Of a DNA stretch of 64,000 bases, positions 1-12,333 are shown piece by piece. The position numbers and the translations under genes are program-made. Source of the stretch: Dimorphilus gyrociliatus. Lineage: Eukaryota > Animalia > Annelida. Position 1 is the first letter of the stretch. Each line of letters begins with the position of its first letter. Location of the stretch: NCBI GenBank assembly GCA_904063045.1, contig CAJFCJ010000003.1, positions 1,736,001-1,800,000 of the forward strand, given 5' to 3'. The notes beneath the pieces were generated by a model. That model saw only the letters and a program-made list of their open reading frames with translations, made no database searches and was not told where the DNA came from.

Positions 1-346
1 CGGAATTAATACAGCAATTAATGAAGAGTATTAGGTATATCATTTTTGCTTTGAAAGACACCATATGTCTCAGGTGCATGTAAGCCCTAATAATCAAGTA
101 TGGGTATGTATTTTTACAATTTCGAAGAAAGGGTGAAAATAGTTGACAAGCAGACGAAGATATGATTAAGAACAATATAGAAAAAGTCTAAGAGGAGTCT
201 ACTCCTGAGCAAAATCCAATCTAGCCATGCAAGGCTAACGATTTTACGACTGGGCTTTTGTAAAAAAGAAAGTATTTAATTAGCTTTCGGATCACGTAGC
301 CGGCAGTTAGTCAAACTTGAGACACCTTGAAGCTTATGAATCTGCC

Positions 347-583
347 TTTGATGCCATAATTTCATTTTCTTTTGACAGCTTTGCCCTCTCAGCAGCCAAT
401 TTCTTAACCGTTGCCTTGTCAGTCCTTTTGTCTACTATTAAGCATTAAGTATTGAATCCTATTTACCCACCTACAACATTTTTTAGCATCCTAGCTTATA
501 GTTTGCTTTGATGGCATAATTTTATTTTCTTTTGACAGCTTTCCCCTCTCAAAAACCCATTTCTTAGCGTTTGCCCTGTCAGT
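347..583. repeat. Imperfect direct repeat: two 77-bp copies (347-423, 507-583), period 160 bp
   Basis: Manual alignment gives 66/77 identity with no indels. Both copies are open on the minus strand (TDKATVKKLAAERAKLSKENEIMASK / TDRANAKKWVFERGKLSKENKIMPSK). Confidence 0.8.
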
Positions 584-2936
584 TTGATGGTCTATAAGGA
601 GTTTTGCAACTGCAGAAAGTTATCTTAGATGCTATATAGGTTTTATAGCTTCCAATAAATCTTTTCGTTTCTTATCTGTTAAACTGAAGATGTGCGAAAT
701 CTTTTCCTTATCATTAAATAGCTGAGTAAGTGGTTGTACAAACGCTTTGAATATCGCATAGGGCGCGCCAAAAGCACTGCTATACATGTTTCGTTGTACA
801 GTATAAAAGAAGCGGCAGTTCTCTGCAGGTAGTGTATCAAGCTGCAGAATTGCTACCGCGTTGTCATGCTTTTATAAACGGTATGAATTCTTTATTTGTG
901 AGCTGTTTTTTCTGGAATCAATTGAAAGAATCGAATCAGTCTATACCACTATGATAATACTAAATTGCAGAACACTGGCTTCGTATGGCTAATTTCTCAT
1001 TCGTTTCTTACAGATATAGAAGGGAAGAGAGCGACTGAGGGAGAAGGCGTTGTTTGTCTGCTAGCTTCTCAGAAAATTGGACTGGCCATGTAAACGAATA
1101 CATCATGTAAAGTGCCTTTGAAAGTAATGAAGGTAAGTTTAGTATAATTAAGCCAACCGTAAAAATGCTAATTTTTCTATGCCAAGTTTTTATATCCTTT
1201 TTATTTCTATAACAAGAGATAGAAATTCGTTTTTATCTTGCCATAGGTAAAACATCTGCGTCTTTATTAGTGAACTTGTACTCTAAAGTTTTGCAAATTA
1301 GAACCTGTGATTTAAGCTTGTAAATAAAATTGAAACGATATCAATTCGTATTTTACTGAATGCTCTGCAACAAGATTACTGAATAATTGAGTGCTTAGTT
1401 TTTTGTCGATTATACTATAGGCGTCCGTAAAAACTTGAGTTGCTATAGCAAAGAGAAAAAAACAGGCGTACGCCAGTGTTGCTTTTGTCCAAGCAGGTTT
1501 AGTTTTTATATAATAAATTTTCCAGAATGGCATCCACAACCTCTTTATCCGCAATAATTTGATGTTTTAGTTCCCTTGTTTATCGAACACAATTATTTTT
1601 TGATAATTTTTTTTCTACATCTGTTTTCAATATAATCTAGTGAAATTATAACGAATGAGACCGGGAATTATTCTGCTTATGTATGTTTTCTTTCTTTGTG
1701 ATCGATCTGTGTACCAGCAGATGTCAAGCACCGCCATTAAAAATAAATAATAAAACAATAAATATAAAGGCGAATAAAAAGTAGGCCGCAAAAAATTCTC
1801 CATAGACTTAGCCTAGATGTTGCAGATCGACAGCAACAGGTCTCTTCGGGACGCTCTTTTTTCCGTATTGTGAATGTAGATAAGAACGGGCCACCGAATT
1901 TTGAAAAATTACTATTTTTTGGATATAGATATCTCTTGTGGCGGTATAAACTAATTAATGGACCGTTCCGTAGATACGATTGACTTTCATTAATTACAAG
2001 TGTCTTTATTTAGTGTAATCTTACACTTTGCCACGAGCTGTCAATTGATTTTTCTGTTTACCTATGGTTGGCTTATGTTTGCAGGCAATTCAATTCATTC
2101 ATATGACAAGGTCTAAGTCGATGTTTCTAGTTTTCTTGCAAATTTTCAGCCTCAAGATATTCTCACGCTCATCTTCATCTTCGAATCGATTTATGGTACG
2201 TACACACCTATAGTGACTAGTCTAAATGCTAGCTTTTTACCATATATGTATACTCCATTTTTTTTAAATAACTTTATAACATCTAATAAGGAAAATTAAT
2301 AAGAAAAACTTCGTGGTTTATCGCATAGATAAACGCAATGGGAAGGCAAACATGGCGGAAACAAAGAATACAAACAGTGCAAAAACAACAAACAGGCAAC
2401 GGCAATAGTTTGCACACTTCCCGCAAACGCAATAAAATTAGAAAGTCAAATCGTTTAGAGCTATACACGAAGGCGTAGCGACGGATAGACGCTACATTTT
2501 TGCGGTTTCCAGCGCTTTGAAAATATTCTAGCGAAAGTCGACATCAATTTACTAGAGAATAATGCAGTTAATTTGGTCGCTAATCGCCTGGCTTCGAACC
2601 GTCACCCCTATTGTGAACGTTTATTTGCCTTTAACTTTCAGTGTTCGCTCTTTATAAAATTAAGATGTTGAAAAAATAAGGATAAAAGTTAATATCTCAA
2701 ATTTTCCGACATAAATGAAAGATCGTTAGCTAACTCTTTGGAATTTTTCCGAAAGCTTGATCTGTCTTATTTATACACGATTAATGCTGGAGAAAATGTG
2801 ATAAACCGTTGACCTAATTGAGTAGCATGCAATATGTATTAATTTTCACTCCAGTAAAAAAAATGACAACCATATGCCGGTGTAATAATACAGAGATTGT
2901 TTTCTTTTTATTCAATTTCATTTTTTTCTTATGTAG

Positions 2937-5274
2937 TTGAGTTAACTGGTGATCAGCTACTAAAAAGCTGCAGAGGAGATTACGAATGCGAAGGAATTGA
3001 AAAGGGAGAAATATGTCATATAAACTACGAAGGTTGCGAAATTGGAATATGCGCTTGTCCCTCAGGCTTCACAAGAAATAGTAAAATGAAATGTGTTACA
3101 GGTTGGCTATGTAATTGTTTTATTTAAACTAATTTAGTGAAAAAAACATATTCAGTATCCACAATTGCTTTCGCCATAAATTTTATTTAGTAAACCTTGT
3201 AATATCGTAAGATAAAAGAAATTATATATCATTTAGGTTTCTTATCCTTAATTTTCTGCGAGACTTCGGAAATACTTTAAGGACATAAAATTCTTAGCAT
3301 TTCCCTTCCATAGCAAATTGCTGTACAAGCGAGACATCGAATGTCAGCCCGGGCGTAATTTGCCCTACAATTTCTCATAATTGAACTTTAGGCTTTCTCA
3401 CCTGCGTAATTGTGCCGATCACTTCGTAGTGAGTTTCTATACAACGATAATTTTTATTAAAATATTTTCCTTTTTCGCTTTAATAAAAATTATTCAGCCA
3501 GTTATAATTGGCGCCATTGCGTCTCTTCATTTAGTCAAGGACATGTGAATATGACTAGTTCAACGTGATCTGGAAAGCAAAACAGCTAACACAACAAACT
3601 TGATTAAGACCGTCACGTCTTGTAAAGAGTTATTATAAAACAATACGGGCGAATAACCAATAAGAAACGCTTCTCACATACTTGCTCGAAGATATAACCC
3701 GCGTTAATGGTTGACATTTCGAAAAATGTCAAGCAATATTTCCCTAGTTTTTGTGGTTAGTTTGTTGTTGGACTGAAAACGTGACCACCTCGCTAATTAG
3801 AGACGCTTTTTTCTTCCGCTTCTAGAGAAACGCGCGGGCGAATCGTGCGACGTTCAGGAAACGAATGACAAATGTGGCTTTCCACTAAAATGCTTGGATG
3901 GAAAGTGTAAATGTGCTGAAGGAACCTTAACTAATGACGGATTGTTTTGTAAGAGTGATAAGAAAAGAATTTTAGGAGAGCACTGTGTCCCTTGGAACAG
4001 TAGCTGTTTTAAAAATAACGGTTTGATAGAATTAAATATGTTTATTTTTATTGAGAAATGATTAATATTAGGTTTCTCTTATGATCAATCATACATTGAT
4101 TGCAACCCGAAAACTCGAAGATGTGAGTGTGGATTGATTAAATATAAAAAACAGAAGCAATATAGAAGAAAACAGACTGAGCAAGGAAATTGTATCCCAT
4201 GTCAGTTTTTTCACAAATTATTTCTTCCAAACTTATTACTTATCGACAACGAAATATTTTGTTGAATAATTCATGCTAGCAAAGTCAAAGGGATCAAATA
4301 GCATAATTGACCAATTTTTATTCTCAACATAATTATTCTACTTTATATTATAATTGATCTTATACAGTTGGACCAAACGAAAAGGGATGTGGTACATCAG
4401 AGGATTGTGCTGAAGGAGCTACATGTGACACTTCATCTGGAACGTGTCTTTGTCCATTTAGCTATAAAGCTTGGAACGGGAGATGCGTTAGAGAAGGCGG
4501 TGAGAAAAAAATCTTGATAATTTTTGACCAGTTCAAATCGTTATTGTTTTCTTCGTTCTACTAATTTCTCACTATTATAAAAAGTAAAGTAGCTCGGCAG
4601 TTTTCAATTTCTAAAACCTCTGAATTTGTGCAAAGTACATAATTTCCATGTGCTGTACATGTAATTAGGATCCGTTATTAATAATGTAACTCTTGAAACA
4701 AATGCTTGCTTAAGCAGTAAAAGTGTATGTAGAAGAAAATTTCAGCTATTCCTAAAACTGAAAAGTAAAATATAGTATACGACTTCCGCTCGTTAATCAG
4801 TTCAAATAATACGTTCTCCTGTCTCGTTGATTTATTGACGTCATTGACAGACCCGACTACTAATTTACCCTGCATAATCTTAACAGCCATCTACGGTCGA
4901 AAATTAGGAGAATCGTGCTTGGAAAACGATGGTATAGCCACAAAAGATTCACCTATAATGTACTGTAATAAAGGTTTAATTTGCAAAAAATGCGGTGGAA
5001 CAAACCAGACATGTACCAAATGTAAGGCATATTTTGTTCTTTTGGTTATAAATTAAAACACTTTAACTTCTCAGTATCTAAATTAGAACAATAAAGATGA
5101 GTTTTTTTAGGCAAAATGCAATTACGAAAATTATTCAAAACGTATTTGTCAAATAATTTTTTGTTTATAGATCGACCTGCAAATGTCTACATGTACAATA
5201 GTAATTCTACGCCAACAAGAAATGTCTTTCAACTTGGAGCTTTGGTTGCAGCAGCGACGTTCCTTTTCCGGTGA
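2937..5274 (+). CDS. Cys-rich EB-module/EGF-like repeat cell-surface protein, probable GPI anchor (5' exons unresolved)
   Basis: Phase-1 GT-AG exons at about 2937-3101, 3825-4021, 4072-4200, 4368-4499, 4889-5022 and 5171-5274. They encode Cys-rich modules (CHINYEGCEIGICACPSG, CGFPLKCLDGKCKCAEG, CAEGATCDTSSGTCLCPFSY) and end in NSNSTPTRNVFQLGALVAAATFLFR*. The signal-peptide exon is not fixed; one candidate is near 2150-2196. Confidence 0.7.
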
Positions 5275-5730
5275 CGCTCCTGAGACGCTGCATTCAATTA
5301 TATGGCTCTCTTTACTTTTTCGCGCTCTACTGAAGTGTAATGGAGGCGTCTATTTAGGAGAGTCTTTTGGGACGCTTTAAATTAGCGCTGAAAATTTAGA
5401 TTACTGCGCTGCCTACACGTTTCCTCGAAAGATTTTTTAATCGAATTTTTGTTCCTGTGATAATAAACGCCAACATATTGAAAAGTATAGCTAAGGATTA
5501 TGGTTTTCCCAGAAGGAAGTAATTCATTGATCACACACTGCTAATTTGACTGGTGCCCCGATTTACGCCATTGATCCGTGATCCGCATTAAACCTTTCTA
5601 GCTCTCTGTAAAAGTAGGATAATAGATAATCTACCCTAGAAGTCTGACTGTCATTCGTGCACCACAAATTTTCGTTAAATCGAATGCTTATTTAAAATAT
5701 TTATTTCTCGTGTCGCAAGATGGCGCATAT

Positions 5731-8700
5731 TTACTTGTGGAAAATATCTAAAATATCCACAACTGTTGAAAAAGAATTTTCTTCATTCCGGTATTCCTTT
5801 ATCATCCATTTATCCACCGGATAAATAATAGAATCTTCAGCGTGTATTGGATTCGACAAAACTTTTGAATTTCGATTGATAATCATCACGCCATTTCTTT
5901 TTCTTATGAAAATCGAACATCCTCGGAGATTTTTAGTTCTCTTTGTGTAATAACTAACATCGCTCTGGCACAAATAGGCTGTAAGATAGGAAATATTTAA
6001 TTAGGAGAAAAACTTCTGCGTTTCTATGCAAGGTATACGATACAGTCAATTAATCATATTCCTGCGTACATTTAACTTATAAATTATACTTTGTAAAATA
6101 CAGATAAAATTACTTGTTAGTATATGGCGCTTTAGAAATTCTTTCAATTCCTTTTCATCGTAAGACGAAACTACATCAGGTAATTCCTTGCGAAGAAGAA
6201 AAAAATAAACTCAGTCACAATGGTACTTTTGTCAGACCTACCGTAATTGGAGCAAGGATGGTGACAGAATAGTTTAGTCGTTTTACTTCCTGAGAAAGAG
6301 CAGTTTTCACCAAAAGATTATAAAATGCCTTAAATCTCTCTTCGGCTCTAAGAACGTTCATAAAGTTCCCACTAGGGATATGAAGAGGCTGCAGATAACT
6401 TGAAATTGAATTCGCTTAAAAATGAATCTTAATTTTAAGTGCAAGCTGGCAATTGAAATATATATTGTATGATTTATCTTTCTGTCATGATATTACTAAA
6501 TAATTTAGGCATTCTTTCTAATTCTCTCTTTACAGAGAGAAAATTGACATCTCATTCCTATAAGTTCGTTCAATATTGGACAATTGATATTTCACACAAT
6601 GCACTCATGTTTAAATAATTTATCTTTAACATCGAAAGAGATCATGTGACCCTACTTTAATTACCATGTAAATCAAACGTTACCTCTGATATGAAAACAA
6701 TAGAACTTTTACAGCCAAGAATAGGATAAGTAAGAAGACGAGAGCATTGAAATTGTGATGATTTGTGACTACGAGAAATCCAATCAAAAATAGACTAAAA
6801 TAATAAATAGTCTTTAAATAATTACAATATTTAACAATAGAAACCTTTCTTCTATTTTTTTTATAAACAATGGATTTTCCAGCATATGTTTCTATTTTGT
6901 TGGTTTGTTTATTTTTAAGTGGATAAAGTCCTTGAATTGTATGATACTTAACAAACTCCTCTATATCATTGATTTTCTTTTTCATTTCTTTTAAACTACT
7001 CGCTTGCGGAACCAGAATAGTATAGTCATCTAATTCTCTGAAAAAGTTTTTTAGATTCTCACCCGCTTTAATTAACAATGCGAATTCAGCTGCTCTGTTA
7101 TGCTTTTCTACAATTTGATAGGCACTCTTAGCTATCGGAAATAACAACTTTGTAAAAAATAGTAATAATTAAACTCAAACAGCAGACCAGATTCCAGTGT
7201 TAAAGCTTGATCTATTACATGTATGACACCATTTCTAGCCATGATATCTCTTTTTATTATTCTAGACTGGTCGTTAATCGTTATAGTGTCATTTTGTAAT
7301 GTTATTTTTATTGTTTGTTTCTCTAACAATGTTAGCACCGTCATCTCATTAGCCAGTACAGTTGAACATAAAATGTCCGGCAGAATGTGGCTTAACAAAA
7401 TATCTATAATTTAATGTCTAAAAATATATCTATTAAAAACAAAAAGTACTCATAGGTATACTTTTTAGGCATTGATTCTTTTTAAGCCTCTTAAAGGCTT
7501 CATTAGTCGGAAGAAAGATAGTAAAACGCTTCTTCATATCGTCTAGTGACTCCAATAAGTTAATGTTTGATTTTTTTAAAGCTGAATTTCAATAATTTTA
7601 ATTATAATTGTTTAAAGCCGATAACTTTTTTACCGTTTAGAAATTCTGAATACTCCGGCCTCTGAATAATATCCAATAACGTTTTATCAACTATAGGTAA
7701 AGTATCCTTTACCCTGTATATGATGGCATTTTTTGAGTGGATAATTTCTGAAACTATAGGAACACAGTTGGCCGTAGAAATCTATATATGATTAGAACTG
7801 TTAATTAAAAATCAAATTATAATAAGCTTCTCTTTCTGTTACCCTTTTAGGATAATTAAAAATGTTGATGCGGACAGAAGATGTTGGATCGATATTTTGA
7901 AAAACAAAATTATTGTTAGAATTTCTTAGTTTAACAAATCCTTTGACAATTTGATTAAAGAAAGCTCTTTCCATGGCCATGTTTTCCCTATCTATTAGGT
8001 AACTTGAAGGGTCTGCACGATTTATTGTGACAAAATCATATTTATTTTCTCTCATTTCTTTCAGTATGTCATCTTTAACCTTAAATAAGGATTAGCTACG
8101 CTTACTTTGCAAACATATTTTTGTCACCTACCTTTCGCTCAAGACCAATAATTTGGTTATTGCTAGCAGCAAATATTGTATAATTTTGCTTGGCCTTAAG
8201 TATCTTAAACTCAGACAGAGCAGCTGAAAGCATATCTAGTTTCAGACTGCGAAGAATGGTCAACGGATCTTTCAATACTTCTTCTATATGTTTTGAGCAG
8301 ATTAAAATAAAGGTTTAAGGGCTAATCTATGTATCAACCTATTGGACAGCCAACACTGCTAACTTTTCTAGAGAACCCATAGCAGCATTCATACGTGATT
8401 ATTTCAGTTATCACTTTTTGCTCTCTCTTTTCTCTGTAAACATGAAGCAATAACATGTATATATGTTGTATATAGTTACAAGTGAAAAAATAGCCAACAC
8501 TTTTTTGCAAGTATAAGCCGTATCGGACGCATCACAATTAAAACTGACGTGGAACGTATGTCTTGTTAAAGACGAATCATTTTTTTCCATTGTTGTATTT
8601 TGGATGCACACATTAGGACTAATAAAAAAGAATTATATAGAATATCTCCAATAGCAGAGCTTGCTTTAAATTTACCCAGTCCACCATTTACTTCGCCCAA

Positions 8701-8928
8701 AAAGACCAAATTTAAATGCATAATCATCAACATAACTAAAAATCTTATCCTGGTAAGCTCCTAATCTGCTTTTCAGTTTACTAAAATTTATATCAAAAAT
8801 TAAAAGTGTAATTTTGAAGCTGTTCTTGTGTCAAACCTTTTCCACGATCTCTTAAATAGATTTCCCTTGTCAGCTTGCGCTTCAAAGACGGTGAAAAGAC
8901 AAAAAAGAATTACTAGTTTCGTTCTCAT
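5731..8928 (-). CDS. Periostin/TGFBI-like secreted protein (signal peptide, EMI, about 4 FAS1 domains)
   Basis: Signal peptide MRTKLVILFCLFTVFEAQA (ATG 8928). Spliced EMI hallmarks WTGPNVCIQ and YECCYGF...GCP. FAS1 motifs YTILVP, FVKYH, MARNGVIHVIDQAL, VTILAP, EFLKRHIL. Stop at 5731. Confidence 0.88.
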
Positions 8929-9611
8929 GTTTAATGCGAATTTGTATCTCTACGATTTTTCTCAATTTATACTTCTAAACAAATGTTTGCCAGCTGAGCA
9001 TGAAACAAGAAACTGTTTAGATATTTTTCAGTCTGGTTTCAATCTAAACTTTTTTCTGATTGATAATTACAAAGAGATACTATTATAAAATAAAAACTGT
9101 CGCTAAGTGCCAAAAATGAAAGAGAACGCAGAGATAAGCATAAGAAAAACTTGAATGCTTAATCTCAATAATCTATTTGTGATTTAAAAATGTTTTGTGT
9201 ATTTAAGACATCTATTAGATTTTAAATTTGAATGCCATGTATGTAATTTGTCATAAAGAATTCACTCTTATGACTTGGAGATGTTTTTGGAGAATATAGG
9301 TGACATTTATAGTTTCTGGAAGTCTATAATGCATCACGTATATATAAATTTCAGTCTCTCCAGGTTTTTAAGTAAAAGCACCAGTCAAGGTCTAATCAAA
9401 ATCAACAACTACCGTAAGGACAAGGAATAATATCGAAAAATAGTATTAGATTATATTAACATCTACATAGAACTCACAAACAGTATAGGATAAAGTCAGG
9501 AGATGATTGGATATTATTTTAAGGGGATGGTAAACACAATACATAAAATGGCAATTTTAAAGAAGGTAAAAGATGATGTTGAAGATTAGTGAACAAAATA
9601 ATTTGTAAATA

Positions 9612-9619
9612 TGACGTCA
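9612..9619. promoter_or_regulatory. Full palindromic CRE (TGACGTCA) about 250 bp upstream of the NNMT-like gene
   Basis: Exact ATGACGTCAT match; function is inferred from position only. Confidence 0.35.
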
Positions 9620-9864
9620 TATGGGACTTATCTGACTGTTAATGAAATGCAATATATAGTATATTTAGAAATTAGCAAACATAATATATTTTCTTATATT
9701 AATCTAAACGCACCAATTTACAACCTATGTGAAAACTTGCACAAAATAACAAAAGCAAAATAAGAACTACTAATATAGGTGGCGCTTGTAGTATCTAATA
9801 AAAGCTATTCCATTGTTTGATGAGCTCACTTCAATGGGTGAATCGCAACGGTTGACTTTGAAAA

Positions 9865-10575
9865 ATGCTGGCCTTCAGAGAAGATTACAATGATAAGGAA
9901 TGGCCTGATAACTTTATAAACAATTGGAGGAAGCCAGATGAAGAAAATCATTCAAACCTCCTTCATCTCCACGAATTCGTAAAAGGTTTGACCATAAAAG
10001 GAAAATATTTGGAAATTGGAAGTGGTCCATCCCCTATTGGAATTTTTTCGGCTAGCACAAAATTTGACGACATTACCTTATCTGATTTTTCTGTAGCTAA
10101 TATTGATCGTTTGAAAAAATGGAAGAGTGGAGGAAATCTCAGCAACATCATGACTCTGATTGAGTATGTGGCCAAGTTGGAAGGACGTGATGTTAATCAG
10201 CTGATGACTATTTCTCTGAGCAGAGTGAAGAACATTAGACACGCTGACTTGCTCAATGACGAAATATTACCCAAAGACGACAATAAATACAGTGCAATAT
10301 CTATGAACTTTGTACTTCTTTGTGCTTGTAAAACTAAGGAAGATCTGTTCAAAGCATTCACAAAGCTGTACAACAAGCTGACTCCAGGTGGAAGATTATT
10401 TGATTTCGGAGCCCTGAATACAAACAATTACAATGTTGGAGGAAGATTGTTTTCACACTGTGAAATCGATTTGGAAACGCTGGTAGTATTGGCGGAGAGA
10501 GCTGGCTTCAAAGTATTAAAGCAAGAGAAGCTAAATATGAATACACCATGCTACTGTATTGTTGCCAGTCGTTGA
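9865..10575 (+). CDS. NNMT/PNMT/INMT-family SAM-dependent small-molecule methyltransferase, single coding exon, 236 aa
   Basis: YLEIGSGPS (family motif I, cf. LIDIGSGPT), ITLSDFSVAN, LTPGG and NYNVGGRLFS (cf. YYMIGEQKFS); uninterrupted ORF. Confidence 0.88.
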   Translation: MLAFREDYNDKEWPDNFINNWRKPDEENHSNLLHLHEFVKGLTIKGKYLEIGSGPSPIGIFSASTKFDDITLSDFSVANIDRLKKWKSGGNLSNIMTLIEYVAKLEGRDVNQLMTISLSRVKNIRHADLLNDEILPKDDNKYSAISMNFVLLCACKTKEDLFKAFTKLYNKLTPGGRLFDFGALNTNNYNVGGRLFSHCEIDLETLVVLAERAGFKVLKQEKLNMNTPCYCIVASR

Positions 10576-11209
10576 AAAACCTATGTTGACTCTTCTTTAG
10601 AATCAAAAAATTTGATGAGCCAAAAATTATAGCAAACTATATTTCTTTCTGAACAAAAATAACAAAAATTTAATACAATTACAATAGAAGTTCGATACTT
10701 TATATATTTATATATACTTTTTCTACGGACAATAGCAAATCTTTTTCTTATTTCTGGAACAACCATGACAAAACTATTTGATTAATATCCCAAGATTTTA
10801 TGATATTCTAAAAGATATTTTAACTATGCTTTACGGTTAAACAATATCAACATTAGACGATTTTCCTGGAGATTTAATCTTTCCTTGGAGGGATAATGTC
10901 AAACCTGAAGCTGGAGGGTAAGGAAAGACTCTTGGACTTTTATTTGTCTGAAAGTTCCCAAAGCTTTAAATTAATTATTTAACAGTGGCTATAAAATTCT
11001 AAAATTGAACAATTGTTTGTACTAATTTCGTGAATAAAGTACTAAAAATACCTACAGAACTGCATTGTGTATGATTATCCATTAATTGTTTGCGCAGCTT
11101 GGTTATCTCTTCGTCTTTCTAATAAAATATTGTATTAGGTGATTAATTTAGCAAAAGCTCGCAAAAATAACCTCTTTCAATGAATTTTGTAATTCCCTGT
11201 TTTCTATGA

Positions 11210-11942
11210 CTAAATGATTTTCGTCTCTGGAAAACTCAGTATCAAATGCTTTTTCCTGGGTTTCTTTTAAAGGAAAATTTTGCGAATCTGCAATATAGAA
11301 GTATAATCACAACATATTTCCTACAAATAACGAAATATCAATCCTCTTGAATAGAAAAGAATATGATTGTTACCACTACTATGCCTATTTAACAGCTTCT
11401 TCTCCAATGACGCAAGCATTTGTTCTATCATACACTTGCTCGCAAGTGACATGTTTGTTAAGTCTTTAACAGCCTCTGTATTACAAAAAGAAATGACATA
11501 AGATTATGTAATATTTCTTAATTTAAAAACAACTGACCGGCTGTGACATGACGCATTTTAAGAAGTTCTTCAAGCTTTGCAATTTTCCGCTTCATTTTCT
11601 CGTGCTCGCCTTCAACTAAAGAGAAATTTTTTTGATATTCTGCATTTTCTCGTTTTAGGTTGCGAATAACTTCATTGTTTTGAGCATTTACCTATAGATT
11701 CATTGTGATTTTGAAAATTGCAAAACATAACAAATACCAATAAAATTATTAAAATATCCTACAAGTAAAATTTTAATAAGATTCTTTACGCTTGTTATTA
11801 AGGCAAAACAACAGAATATTTACATTGTGAAGACAATCGATTTCTTTTTGCATAAGCTGAATTCTTTCTTCAGCCTGAAAATTCTCAAGAACATATAAAT
11901 TGTATTTTACGTTATAAATTAAAAACTTACTATTTCTGACAT
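11210..11942 (-). CDS. Small coiled-coil hypothetical protein (about 130 aa, 5 exons)
   Basis: Phase-compatible GT-AG exons give MSEI|AEERIQLMQKEIDCLHN|VNAQNNEVIRNLKRENAEYQK...KIAKLEELLKMRHVTA|EAVKDLTNMSL...|DSQNFPLKE...KII*. No family recognised; start uncertain. Confidence 0.55.
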
Positions 11943-12066
11943 ATTTGCCTTTGACCAGGAGTTGCACTTGACTAGAGTAAATTGAAATAACCAAGATTAA
12001 CTCTCACATCGGGTATCTAAATGAAGCGGAATATGTCAGCTTTGTGTGCTATGGCGTGAGCAGGTA

Positions 12067-12163
12067 TAGCTAAGTTAAACTCTGGGGCAAATTCGGGATA
12101 GACCCAACGAACAGCGTCGGCGTACTAACCTTTAGAGCCGACACCCCCAGTTAGCTACTTTTT
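12067..12163 (+). ncRNA. Candidate structured small RNA (closed multi-branch fold ending in a T5 tract); family unassigned, strand uncertain
   Basis: TAGCTAA(12067-73)/TTAGCTA(12151-57), CTGGGG(12082-87)/CCCCAG(12145-50), TTCG(12092-95)/CGAA(12108-11), GTCGGC(12116-21)/GCCGAC(12137-42), then TTTTT at 12159-63. It is a GC-richer island in an AT-rich intergenic gap. Confidence 0.4.
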
Positions 12164-12333
12164 ATTTAAATATGAAACTCACGTCGGAAACCGTATTTTT
12201 AAAAATATGTCACTGAAAATATTTGAGAATTTATAATTATTACTGCTTTTTTAGGCAGTTTAGTTTAAAATAAATCTCATAAAATTATTGAATTTTATTA
12301 TATTTTACTCTCTTGAGTAGTAAGTCAGTCAAA

